Source: Puniceicoccaceae bacterium
GTDB taxonomy: Bacteria > Verrucomicrobiota > Verrucomicrobiia > Opitutales > Coraliomargaritaceae
Assembly: GCA_022448605.1 (NCBI GenBank)
Contig: JAKVCM010000007.1
Coordinates: 74,253 to 138,252 of the forward strand
Length of the DNA stretch: 64,000 nucleotides
Direction of reading: 5' to 3'
In this document: positions 53,542-62,959 of the stretch, one piece after another
How positions within the stretch are numbered: position 1 is the first letter of the stretch
Layout: the number at the start of each line of letters is the position of its first letter
The notes under the pieces: generated by a model
The model's input: the letters and a program-made list of their open reading frames with translations, nothing else
Told to the model about the DNA's origin: nothing
Database searches by the model: none
Program-made: the position numbers and the translations under genes

Positions 53542-54567
53542 CTATCTACCAAGCACGAGTAGGACTGTAATCGCCAGTGCGATTCGATACCAAGCAAATA
53601 GAGAGAGACCGTGTTTACTTAGATAGCCAACCAGCCACTTGACTGCGAGTGCAGATGAGATAAAAGCAACTAGGCAGCCGACAAGTAAAGGCCCGATCTC
53701 GAGGGCACGAATCATATGCGATCCATCCGTCATTATTTTATATCCAGAGGCAGCAGTTAGCGTAATAAGTCCAAGCAAAAAACTGAATTCTGCCGCATTC
53801 TTGGGTGACAGTCCTGCCAAATAACCACCCACGATCGTTGCCATTGAGCGACTCGTTCCTGGCCACATTGCGAAGCATTGAAAGAAACCGATCATGACTG
53901 ATTGGCGAATCGAGAGGTCGTGTATTCTGGGGCCATCTTCAGGTAGGGGGGCACATTTTTGGCCATGCTTACGCCATTTTTCTACGATTAGCATGATCAC
54001 TGCACCCACAATGAGCGCTCCAGCTACAGCTTTAATATTATTACCTAGTTTGGCTTCGATCCAATCATCGAGCAGTAATCCAGCGATGGCTGCTGGTAGA
54101 AAAGCGAAGATTAGATTGATTGCCAGTTTGCGGCCTTGCGGATTTTGGCCCAAGCAACCAAGCAAAATCTGCAAGATTGTCTGCCAATAAATCATTATCA
54201 CTGCGGCGATGGCGCCTGCTTGAATCACAATGACGTAGGCATAAGCGGCTTCGCCAACTGTGTAGGGTCGGGCTTCTACTCTTTCGTCATCATGCACTAG
54301 AATCCACGCTCCCTCTTTATCACGGATTGGCGTATCTTTATCTAAGCCGAGAGCAGCGTTTGTTAATATGAGGTGCCCTGTGGAGGATACAGGTAAGTAT
54401 TCTGTGACGCCTTCGACAATACCTAGAATAATGGCATGTCCGTAACTCAAATTGGTTGATCCGACCCCTTCATCTGCGTGCTTGAGTTCAGCTGGCATGT
54501 CGACCGCCGTAGATTGCTTAGATAAAAACGTGCTGCATAGTGTTAGAAGACAAAGTCGAAATAGCAT
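53542..54567 (-). CDS. uppP: Undecaprenyl-diphosphate phosphatase
   Basis: GIVEGVTEYLPVSSTGHL, IQAGAI, PGTSRS, AAEFSFLL. Start uncertain (54567 or 54627). Confidence 0.93.
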   Translation of the reverse strand: MLFRLCLLTLCSTFLSKQSTAVDMPAELKHADEGVGSTNLSYGHAIILGIVEGVTEYLPVSSTGHLILTNAALGLDKDTPIRDKEGAWILVHDDERVEARPYTVGEAAYAYVIVIQAGAIAAVIMIYWQTILQILLGCLGQNPQGRKLAINLIFAFLPAAIAGLLLDDWIEAKLGNNIKAVAGALIVGAVIMLIVEKWRKHGQKCAPLPEDGPRIHDLSIRQSVMIGFFQCFAMWPGTSRSMATIVGGYLAGLSPKNAAEFSFLLGLITLTAASGYKIMTDGSHMIRALEIGPLLVGCLVAFISSALAVKWLVGYLSKHGLSLFAWYRIALAITVLLVLGR

Positions 54568-54698
54568 AGATCGCACGCTAGATGAAGCGGGTTTAATGGA
54601 AAGCAAGAAAAAGTATCTATTTCGCATATCCTTGGAATACGCTGAAATAGATTTTGCTTGTGCAGAACTTTTGAACGTTTTCCTTGTAAATAGCCCAT

Positions 54699-55796
54699 AT
54701 GAAAGAAATCGAACAGCTTACAAATACCCTCCAAGACAAGGAAGACCTTAACTCAGGACAAGCAGTGGTTGCCGCTTCTTTGATGGCCTCCCCGCAGGTA
54801 GACTTAGTGGCGAAACAAGCATTTTTGGTAGCGCTTTCTGATAAAGGCGAAACCGCCACTGAGGTGGCTGCCTTTGCTGCCGCTTTTCGCAAACTATCAC
54901 TAGACCCTGGTGTTGAAGCATGGGCACCTCAAGCGATTGATGTTTGCGGAACAGGTGGGGATGGTTCGAGCACATTTAACATTTCGACAGCGGTTTCATT
55001 TATCATTGCGGCGGAAGGCGTCCCTGTCTTCAAGCATGGGAACCGATCAATTACTTCTAAGTGCGGAAGCGCTGATCTAATCGAGGGCTTAGGTATTCGC
55101 CTCGATGCCCCGCATGAGGTTCTTCGTGAGTCTCTCAAAGAGTTGAATTTTTGTTTCTTTTTTGCTCCTGCATTTCACCCAGCTTTTAAGGAAATTATGC
55201 CCGTGCGTAAGGCACTGGCTGAGCAGAAGCGCCGTTCTATTTTTAATCTACTGGGGCCACTGATTAATCCTGGTCGTCCAGCTTATCAATTGATGGGTGT
55301 GTTTGCTCAAGCTTGGGTCGAACCTATTGCAGGCGCTCTCGATCAAATCGGACTGAAGGCAGGATTGGTGGCACACTGCATACCTGCAGAGGGCTTGAAC
55401 CTTGATGAGCTTAGCTGCGTGGGAAGGAATCATGTAGCTGGTTTTGGTTCTTTTCGCGGTCGCCTCGGTGATTTGACAGTAGAGGAGGCAGGCTTGACGA
55501 ATTGCAGCCTTGATTCTCTCAGTGGCGGAAATGTCGACGACAATATTAGAATTTTAAAATTAATTTTCAATGGTCAACACGAAGAGGTTCCGGAGGGCTT
55601 GATCAATAGCATACTGTTTAACGCGGGTGCTGCTTTTTGGATCGCTGGTCGCAGTGGCGATTTGAAATCAGGAGTCGAGCTTGCCCGCGAACTCTTAGAG
55701 TCAGGTCGAGCAGGTCAGTGGCTGAAAAAAGCTCAGTCTTTTTATTCAGATAAGTATCATTATTTATGGCTAAATATTTCGGAACTGACGGTATAA
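54699..55796 (+). CDS. trpD: Anthranilate phosphoribosyltransferase
   Basis: DVCGTGGDG, FNIST, KHGNRSITSKCGSAD, FNLLGPLINP, LDE. Confidence 0.96.
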   Translation: MKEIEQLTNTLQDKEDLNSGQAVVAASLMASPQVDLVAKQAFLVALSDKGETATEVAAFAAAFRKLSLDPGVEAWAPQAIDVCGTGGDGSSTFNISTAVSFIIAAEGVPVFKHGNRSITSKCGSADLIEGLGIRLDAPHEVLRESLKELNFCFFFAPAFHPAFKEIMPVRKALAEQKRRSIFNLLGPLINPGRPAYQLMGVFAQAWVEPIAGALDQIGLKAGLVAHCIPAEGLNLDELSCVGRNHVAGFGSFRGRLGDLTVEEAGLTNCSLDSLSGGNVDDNIRILKLIFNGQHEEVPEGLINSILFNAGAAFWIAGRSGDLKSGVELARELLESGRAGQWLKKAQSFYSDKYHYLWLNISELTV

Positions 55797-57118
55797 GAGG
55801 GCGTTTTGGAGATTCATTGATCTGCCCGCAATTTGTCTACCGACTCGGCTGTGCCCTCGCAAATTATCTGACTAAAATTCGCTTCGTAAAAACGTCTACT
55901 GTTGTCATTGGACGAGATACCCGTGCTAGTGGGGTCGCCTTAAGTGACGCTCTCATTTCAGGGTTAAATCGACATGAGGTACATGTTCATGATGCAAGTG
56001 TTGTACCCACACCAGCAATTGCCAGATCTGTAATAGATCAGCATGCAGACCTCGGTATCGCGATCACGGCTTCTCACAATCCTTCATGCGATAATGGCAT
56101 CAAACTCTTCGACCATTGCGCTCATAAGTTAGACGTGGCGCAAGAGAGCTTAATCGAGTCACTTATCGATAAAGAGCCTGAGCCACCTGTAAACCTGCCT
56201 TCAGCTAAGTTCCATCCCTTGGATGCTTCTAGTTTCTATATCAAATACCTCAGGTCTTTAATGGATCAGGATTGTCTAAATGGCTGGCGTATCGTTTTAG
56301 ATTTGGCTAACGGAGCCACAGTGAAGACAACACCTGCAGTCTTTCAGTATTGGGGAGCTGAATTACTCTTGATTGGGGACAAGCCTGACGGGCTAAATAT
56401 AAACGATGGCGTCGGAAGCGAGTGCCCTGCTCAGCTGGCTGAAGCGGTTCTCAAACATAAAGCTCACATAGGTATTGCGCACGATGGTGATGGTGATCGG
56501 CTTGTAGTTTGTGATGAAGGCGGCACCATTGTAGACGGTGATGTCATCCTAGCTTTATTTGGTCGTCACGCGCTTAATACCGGTACTTTAAAGTCAGGCA
56601 CTTTGGTTTCTACAATCCACAGTAATTTGGGGCTAGACCACGCCGTGCGCGATGCAGGTGGACAGGTGGATCGAGTCGACGTAGGTGACCGGAATGTGTC
56701 CAATCGTATGCGTGAGTTGGGCGCGAATATTGGTGGAGAATCTTCAGGACACATTATCTTTTCAGACTATGCAACGACCGGAGATGGCTTACTGGCAGCT
56801 GTTAAGATCATTGAATTGATTTGCACGACGGGCAAAGCCCTCTCGGAACTACGAAAAGAGATCACGCTTTTTCCACAAGTAGCAACAAACCTCAGAGTCG
56901 CCAAAAAGCGACCGCTTGCTGAGCTGAAGCACTTTCAGTCAGTCATTAAAGCGACGGAACAAGATTTGGGTAACGAAGGCCGTGTGCTCGCCCGCTACTC
57001 AGGGACTGAGCCGAAACTCAGGCTCTTGGTCGAGGGAAAGGATGACTTGCAGGTTGCCAAAGCGATTAAAGCCATAGAAATCGCGGCAAGTAAGGAATTG
57101 GATGTAATTCACAGTTGA
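55766..57118 (+). CDS. glmM: Phosphoglucosamine mutase
   Basis: YFGTDGIRG, TASHNP, DGDGDR, GGESSGH, RYSGTEP. Confidence 0.95.
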   Translation: MAKYFGTDGIRGRFGDSLICPQFVYRLGCALANYLTKIRFVKTSTVVIGRDTRASGVALSDALISGLNRHEVHVHDASVVPTPAIARSVIDQHADLGIAITASHNPSCDNGIKLFDHCAHKLDVAQESLIESLIDKEPEPPVNLPSAKFHPLDASSFYIKYLRSLMDQDCLNGWRIVLDLANGATVKTTPAVFQYWGAELLLIGDKPDGLNINDGVGSECPAQLAEAVLKHKAHIGIAHDGDGDRLVVCDEGGTIVDGDVILALFGRHALNTGTLKSGTLVSTIHSNLGLDHAVRDAGGQVDRVDVGDRNVSNRMRELGANIGGESSGHIIFSDYATTGDGLLAAVKIIELICTTGKALSELRKEITLFPQVATNLRVAKKRPLAELKHFQSVIKATEQDLGNEGRVLARYSGTEPKLRLLVEGKDDLQVAKAIKAIEIAASKELDVIHS

Positions 57119-57160
57119 CCCTGAATCATATATTTAGCGTATTGTTTAAATATTTATACC

Positions 57161-58561
57161 ATGGAAGAAGTTGCTCTTAAAGATCTCGATACTCGTTTGC
57201 AAAAGCAGATTGAAAATGCGCGTAAAGCGGTCGACAAAAATCCCAGTTACGCTGTCGATATTTTGACCAACATCGTCGCACGAAACCCTGCTTGTTTAGA
57301 TGCACGTAAAATTTTACGTCAGGCTCAGCAGCGTGCCACCAAGGGCAAAACTAAGGGTTTGGGTGGATTACTTTCCAAGGTGACGAGCATTCCTTTTTCT
57401 ATTGGTAGCCATGCGAAAATTAAAAAGAATCCGCAAAAAGCGATGGAGTCTGCTGAACAAATGCTCAGCGTAAATATTGAGAATGTGACTGCTCTCGAAG
57501 TGCTTGGATCTGCCTCCGAAGAGCTAGAGTTATACTCAACAGCCGTTTTTGCCTATGAGGCTGTGCGTAAGCTTGAGCCCGCCAACATTGAAAATATCAA
57601 GTCACTGATGAAAGTACACATCAAAACTGGTAATTGCGAAGAAGCCATCCGAATTGGCGACGTAGCTTATCGAGCCAACCCGTCAGATGACGAAGTTCAA
57701 GCATTGATCAAGAAAGCCTCTGTTGAGCAGACAATGAAGAAGGGTAAGTGGGAGGAAGATAAGAGTTTCCGCGATAAACTAAAAGACGAAGATGAGTCTC
57801 AAAAACTCGAACAAGCAGGCCGTGCTAAGACAGGTGAATCGGGGCTACGTGCATTGATTGAGGAGGCTAAGAAGGGGGTGGCTGAAACTCCAGACAATAT
57901 TAATTTCTACCGCGAGATTGCATCTAACTATCGTAAGCTAGGAGACTTTGACAGTGCCCTAGAATGGGTGGCTAAGGCTCGCTCATTGGAAGCCGGTCGC
58001 GCCGATGTGAATCTAGAGCGAATGGTCGGCACCCTCAAGCGTGAGAAGATGCAGAAAGCGATCTCTGATGTGGAAGAGCGCTTAGAAGCCAATACTGAAG
58101 ATCTGACTGCCAAAACAGAGCTAGAGAAACTACGTGCTGAGGAGCGCGCTTTTCGCCTAGAACAGTCTGAAGACTTGGTTCAGCGCTACCCCAACGAGTT
58201 TAGTTATCGCTACGAACTGGGTGAGCTTTATTTTGAAGACGAAGAAATTGATAAAGCGATTAAAGAGTTACAATTGGCCCAACGTAGTCCCAAAGTTCGG
58301 GTTGGCGCACTTATTCTTCTTGGTAAGGCTTATCTGGCTAAAGGTTTTCATGATTTAGCGTCCGAACAACTCACAGCTGCGAAGTCTGAGATCCCTAGCA
58401 TGACAGACCAGAAGAAAGACGTACTCTATCAGCTGGGATCTGCCTATGAGCAGCAAGGTGACATGGATAAAGCGATGGTGGAATTTAAGGCACTTTATGG
58501 TGCGGATATTTCTTACCGTGATGTCTCCCAGAAGATTGATGATTTCTACGCTAATAATTAA
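57161..58561 (+). CDS. TPR-repeat protein
   Basis: Multiple TPR-like units (YRYELGELY, LYQLGSAYEQQG) and C-terminal DISYRDV. Confidence 0.75.
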   Translation: MEEVALKDLDTRLQKQIENARKAVDKNPSYAVDILTNIVARNPACLDARKILRQAQQRATKGKTKGLGGLLSKVTSIPFSIGSHAKIKKNPQKAMESAEQMLSVNIENVTALEVLGSASEELELYSTAVFAYEAVRKLEPANIENIKSLMKVHIKTGNCEEAIRIGDVAYRANPSDDEVQALIKKASVEQTMKKGKWEEDKSFRDKLKDEDESQKLEQAGRAKTGESGLRALIEEAKKGVAETPDNINFYREIASNYRKLGDFDSALEWVAKARSLEAGRADVNLERMVGTLKREKMQKAISDVEERLEANTEDLTAKTELEKLRAEERAFRLEQSEDLVQRYPNEFSYRYELGELYFEDEEIDKAIKELQLAQRSPKVRVGALILLGKAYLAKGFHDLASEQLTAAKSEIPSMTDQKKDVLYQLGSAYEQQGDMDKAMVEFKALYGADISYRDVSQKIDDFYANN

Positions 58562-58619
58562 GGCCACTTCAGCTAAAAGTACTCATTTGCAGGCTTTGAA
58601 CTTGATTAAGTAGAACGCT

Positions 58620-59780
58620 TTATTTTCGAAAAACTACGATTCGATTGCTGTTCGTACCAAGTGTGTTATTTTGCACACCCCAACAGTTAGCAGTTTTGGC
58701 GAAGATCTGCTTATTAATCAGTGTGTATTCAACTTTAAGGCCTACTGCTTTCCCGGCGAGGATGATCTGCTCTTCCAGTTTGAGCTTACCCTTGCGCACT
58801 TCGCCCACTTCTAGGGCGATACGACCTTCAGGCTTGAGCACTCGGCTCATTTCTTTTAGCGAAGCACTCATCTTATCTGTCCAGTCTTCAAGCTTGCGTA
58901 GTTGCCAGAGCTTTCCAGGCTCGGGATTGCATTGGCAGAACCAGTTACGCAGCCAGTTGTCGCCTACGTAGTTGACGATATCGAGGAAAGGGGGCGAGGT
59001 CACGATCAGCTGTACGGACTCGTTTTGGATCTCAGGCGTGGCATCAGCTGAACGGCAAAGTAGGGTCGATGTGGTCGCGTTGAAATTCTTTGGTAGCTTC
59101 TGTCGTAGTAGGCTTTTCGACTTTTTTAGAACCAGTTCTTTCGTGTTTCGATACTCTGGTTTTTGACTTCGTTTAGCATTAATCTTACGCTGAGCGTTAA
59201 GTGTGGTAGCTTGATTGGGAGGTAATGTGTAGACTGAGAAAAAGCCTTTTGAATGTCCCGTCAGGCGATTGCAGGCTGTCATTTGAAGCCAAGCGTCAAC
59301 TTCGTCAAAGATACCTGTGGCTTGTCGACCTTTAAAATAACTACGCCAGCCATAGAGTTCAGCGAGTGTTTGATCTTCGAAAAAAACGAGTAAGTCCTTG
59401 TTATCAATCTCTACCTCAGGGAGCTTGATTTGTTCGATTCGTTGAGCAATCTTTTCGACATTCTGTTCGCAGAGGCGCGGGGCTGTCAGAATTGTGCTGA
59501 GCGGATTGACGTCATTACCGATCACATTGCAACCGAGCAGCTTTGCTTCTATCAGTGTGGTGCCCCTTCCCATAAAGGGGTCATAGATCAATTGGCTGGG
59601 CTTCGCGTAGCGCTTTATGAAATAGGCAGGTAGTTGAGGCTTGTAGCACGCTCGGTAAGAAATTTCATGGATGGGGTGCCCGTAGCGTTGTTTGGCAGTC
59701 CAAAACTCGCCTTGCTTGATCGGGGTCTTGCATGAACGAGTATTCTCCATTATGGGCATCTTTCCCAAGATGGAACTCAA
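58620..59780 (-). CDS. Solitary amino-DNA methyltransferase (N4-C/N6-A type)
   Basis: Motif I DPFMGRGTT near the N-terminus, motif IV IVTSPPF, RVLKPEG. Confidence 0.85.
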   Translation of the reverse strand: MSSILGKMPIMENTRSCKTPIKQGEFWTAKQRYGHPIHEISYRACYKPQLPAYFIKRYAKPSQLIYDPFMGRGTTLIEAKLLGCNVIGNDVNPLSTILTAPRLCEQNVEKIAQRIEQIKLPEVEIDNKDLLVFFEDQTLAELYGWRSYFKGRQATGIFDEVDAWLQMTACNRLTGHSKGFFSVYTLPPNQATTLNAQRKINAKRSQKPEYRNTKELVLKKSKSLLRQKLPKNFNATTSTLLCRSADATPEIQNESVQLIVTSPPFLDIVNYVGDNWLRNWFCQCNPEPGKLWQLRKLEDWTDKMSASLKEMSRVLKPEGRIALEVGEVRKGKLKLEEQIILAGKAVGLKVEYTLINKQIFAKTANCWGVQNNTLGTNSNRIVVFRK

Positions 59781-59823
59781 TGCGTATAGTACAAGGATAA
59801 ATTTCTAAGTTTTTACAGGTGCC

Positions 59824-60090
59824 CTAATATAAATAACCAACAATTCCACTAACCAGAACGACTAGCCATGCGATTGCGAAGCCCAACTGGCTGCTAGAGG
59901 GGCCTCGCAAAAATTTGCAGAGGGCGAGTAATTCGGCGTAAGCATCGTCATCCAGCCATTGGCGACGGTTGACAAATTCATACCTAAATTAGCCCACGTG
60001 TTTGATAGGACCACCGATGCAGAGAGAGCCCAAGGGTAGGTAAATGAGGAAAATCCTAATGGGGTCTTTGTTTTTGTTGTTTTCCGACAT
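59824..60090 (-). pseudogene. chrA: Chromate transporter (ChrA) remnant with nonsense codon and internal deletion
   Basis: MSENNKNKDPIRIFLIYLPLGSLCIGGPIKHVG*FRYEFVNRRQWLDDDAYAELLALCKFLRGPSSSQLGFAIA-WLVVLVSGIVGYLY*. TAA at 59989-59991. Confidence 0.8.
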
Positions 60091-60424
60091 AAAGTAAACT
60101 TGATTTTTTTAGGGGTTGGGCGAGTATGAATGGGCGCACGATCATAGCTTGAAAGCGGGTCTTTTCTTTTTCCCAGTGCTCAGCATGGAGTTTGCAGGGC
60201 TGGACGAGGTCGCCGCATTGGAGCCATTTCTGCACCTGTACTTGATCATCCTTTGTGAAGACCAGTCCGGCGACCTTCAAGTCTAGGCCAGGGTCCACAT
60301 AGATTAGATTGCCAGCTTTAAAATGCGGTTTTAGATAGCTCCATTCGACCTCCCCAGAATACTTCTCTAATTTTTCGGTCTGAGAGAGGGTATCCCTTGC
60401 GAGGCTAAATTCTTCGTTAAACAT
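60056..60424 (-). CDS. DUF2288 family protein
   Basis: VEWSYLKPHF..G.LIYVDPGLDL...DD...V..WL..G...VRPFILAQ. Confidence 0.75.
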   Translation of the reverse strand: MFNEEFSLARDTLSQTEKLEKYSGEVEWSYLKPHFKAGNLIYVDPGLDLKVAGLVFTKDDQVQVQKWLQCGDLVQPCKLHAEHWEKEKTRFQAMIVRPFILAQPLKKSSLLYVGKQQKQRPH

Positions 60425-60573
60425 ATGTCTTTCAATGAGATACGGATATATATCTTTTCTGCAACATTTTTGGGCTCAAATTTTCTATAATTTTTTCAGA
60501 TTTATTGAACGTTAAGCAGGTTTACACGTCTGTATATGTATAAGTTAGTGTATATTTGTTGTTTGTTATTGAT

Positions 60574-60603
60574 CGCTGCCCAAGAAATTGGGCGGCGTTT
60601 TTT
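60574..60603 (+). terminator. Orphan Rho-independent terminator
   Basis: CGCTGCCCAA-GAAA-TTGGGCGGCG followed by T6. No credible plus-strand CDS upstream. Confidence 0.75.
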
Positions 60604-60793
60604 GTATCCGCTAATCATTATACAACGAGTGTTACGGTGCCAGCCTGGATGGAGACACTGATATTGATTCCTGCAGTTAATCAAATTCAGTCAAGTAGTC
60701 GTTGTGTAGCTAGAAGTGTAGAAGCTCATTTACATTACAGTTGGTTTAACAAAGAGGTGTTGCCAGAGTTGTTTCACTAAACACTTTAATTGC

Positions 60794-61042
60794 ATGCCCC
60801 AAAATATAGTATCTGTTTCTAGGCTCCTTAGTGAAAAAAGTGCTTCGATCTTCTACGTGTCCGAAGAGACCTTCATTGAACAAGCAATTTCTGAGATTTA
60901 CCGGCAGTGCATAGTGTCCGTCGTCATTAAAAAAGGTCGTTCTATCTGTGGTATTTTTACCGAGCGCGGCGTTTTGACTCGTGTATTATCTGCAGGGCGA
61001 GATTTAAAGGCAACTCAGGTGCGTGAGGTCATGACTGAGTGA
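60794..61042 (+). pseudogene. Truncated CBS-domain protein
   Basis: GIFTERGVLTRV...RDLKATQVREVMT then stop. Second CBS domain missing. Confidence 0.7.
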
Positions 61043-61074
61043 ATCCAGCGTAATTTGGTTTATCGCATTTTGGT

Positions 61075-61884
61075 ATGAAGATGGATAAATTCCAGGCTTT
61101 AAAGTTGATATTCGCAGAGGGCGACAATGGCGAACAAGCTTACCGTGTGATTGAGGGCTCCGTTGAGATCTCTATACAAAGAGATAGGCAAAAGCTCATA
61201 TTAGCTATATTAGGGGCAGGTGAAACATTTGGAGAAATGGCGATGATTTAGAGTCGCCCCCGCTCTGCGACGGCACGGGCCTTAGAGCCCACTACAATCG
61301 AAGTCATCGAGCGCCAAGATTTTCAACAAATTTTGGATGAAGGGGGTGAGCAGCTAGTACCTTATTTGACTATGATCTTCGATCGGCTGAGAGTGACGAA
61401 CGATCGCCTGCTAATAGCTTTGGATAAACTTAATGAACTCCAGCCTGCTGTTAAGCATCGCCATCAAGGTATATTTGGCTCAAGGAGGACTACGGTCCAA
61501 GTTCTGATTGAACCAAATTCACAACAAATGCACCAGCAAACCGCCCTTAAAAAACGACTCCTTAGATTTTTTCCCTTTTATTTTTGCCGTTGAGCTCAGA
61601 CCACAAGTATAAGGGCGATACTCCATAACCAGATCCTAATCTCAGATCGCTCGCCCTTTCGGGTGTCGCGTAAACACTGTATAATAGATACCGTTGGTGA
61701 TTCTGTCTTTATCGAGGATAAGACCAGTCAACTCGGTACAGTTGTAAACGGCATTCCAATTGGTGGGAATAGCTAAGAAACGCGTGTAAAACTCATCCAT
61801 GGCTCGAACACTCTAGTTTTGGGAGGTCAGGATAGCCACGTGCGCTTTCGACTCTATGTGAGCGTGCCTAATCAAGCGGTATAA
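61075..61884 (+). pseudogene. cNMP-binding + FHA domain gene with three in-frame stops
   Basis: IFAEGDNGEQAYRVIEGSVEI...GETFGEMAMI*SRPRSATARA...FPFYFCR*...VSRKHC...EDKTSQLGTVVNG...NS*...LVLGG. Stops at 61249 (TAG), 61591 (TGA), 61774 (TAA). Confidence 0.85.
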
Positions 61885-61973
61885 ATTGCAATCGGCTTGA
61901 CTCAATGCGCTTAGTTTCTGGACACTGCAAAACTCACAAATTTAACAAGCTAATAAATTAGGAAGACTAGACT

Positions 61974-62285
61974 ATGGCAGGCGTCGGTAAATTACTCAAA
62001 CAAGCACAAAAAATGCAAAGACAGATAGAGGCGGTACAGACCGAGCTCTCCGGAACTATTTTAGAAGTTTCTAGCGGAGGTGGCGCCATCAACGTTAAGA
62101 TCAACGGGCAAGGCGAGTTTCAAGGCTTCAAGATCGATCCCGAATTTTTAAAAGAAGACGCCGACTTCATAGAAGAGACGCTCCTATCAGCCGTCCAAGA
62201 AGCTGCAGCCAAGGCCAAGGAAACCAGCGAAGAAGCAATGGGTTCCGTGACTGGCGGGATGGGTGGCTTACCTGGATTAATGTAG
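61974..62285 (+). CDS. ybaB: YbaB/EbfC nucleoid-associated protein
   Basis: KQAQKMQ, SSGGGA, IDP. Upstream of recR. Confidence 0.92.
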   Translation: MAGVGKLLKQAQKMQRQIEAVQTELSGTILEVSSGGGAINVKINGQGEFQGFKIDPEFLKEDADFIEETLLSAVQEAAAKAKETSEEAMGSVTGGMGGLPGLM

Positions 62286-62357
62286 GTCCTTTGTCATCGC
62301 TTGGCTTATCTGTCTTCTCTTCTCTGGCCTCTGTCAAATGCCTCTTGATCTCTTGAA

Positions 62358-62954
62358 ATGACACCTGCCTACGATTCCCTAATCCAGCAGCTTAAACGCC
62401 TACCGGGTTTGGGCTATCGCTCCGCTGAACGAGTAGCCATGCATTTGTTAGTTGAAAAACCTGACACACTGCCCGAGCTACTGAATTCGATGAAGCTAGC
62501 GCGTGAGTCCATCTGCCGCTGCAAAATTTGTGGTAACATGGCCGAGAGTGAAATTTGCGCTATTTGCGAAGATGCTAACCGCGACGCCAGTAAGATCTGT
62601 GTGGTCGAGCATGTTCCCGATTTGATCGCGATTGAGCGCTCTAGTGCTTGGAAAGCTCGCTACCACGTGTTGTACGGCAAACTTTCTCCAATTCATGGAG
62701 TTGACCCAGATAAGCTAAATTTAAAAAGCCTTCAAGCCCGTATCCGAACGGGCGAAGTCACTGAGTTAGTCCTCGCTCTCTCCAACGATATCGAAGGGCA
62801 GGCAACTTGTCATTTCATTCAAGAAGAGCTAGTCGAGGATCGGCCGATTAAAGTCTCTCGTATCGGCTTCGGTTTACCCAGCGGTGGCGGTGTGACCTAC
62901 GCGGACTCGGTCACACTGCGCAGCGCGCTTGAAGGCCGCCGTACTTACGAATAG
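62358..62954 (+). CDS. recR: Recombination protein RecR
   Basis: LPGLGYRSAER, C4 Zn finger, ICVVE, YHVLYG.LSP, EGQAT. Confidence 0.96.
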   Translation: MTPAYDSLIQQLKRLPGLGYRSAERVAMHLLVEKPDTLPELLNSMKLARESICRCKICGNMAESEICAICEDANRDASKICVVEHVPDLIAIERSSAWKARYHVLYGKLSPIHGVDPDKLNLKSLQARIRTGEVTELVLALSNDIEGQATCHFIQEELVEDRPIKVSRIGFGLPSGGGVTYADSVTLRSALEGRRTYE

Positions 62955-62959
62955 TCTCC

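Noticed and set aside
55766-55796. 31-nt overlap of trpD and glmM
   Set aside because: Short overlaps from stop-codon drift are common. Both genes are intact.
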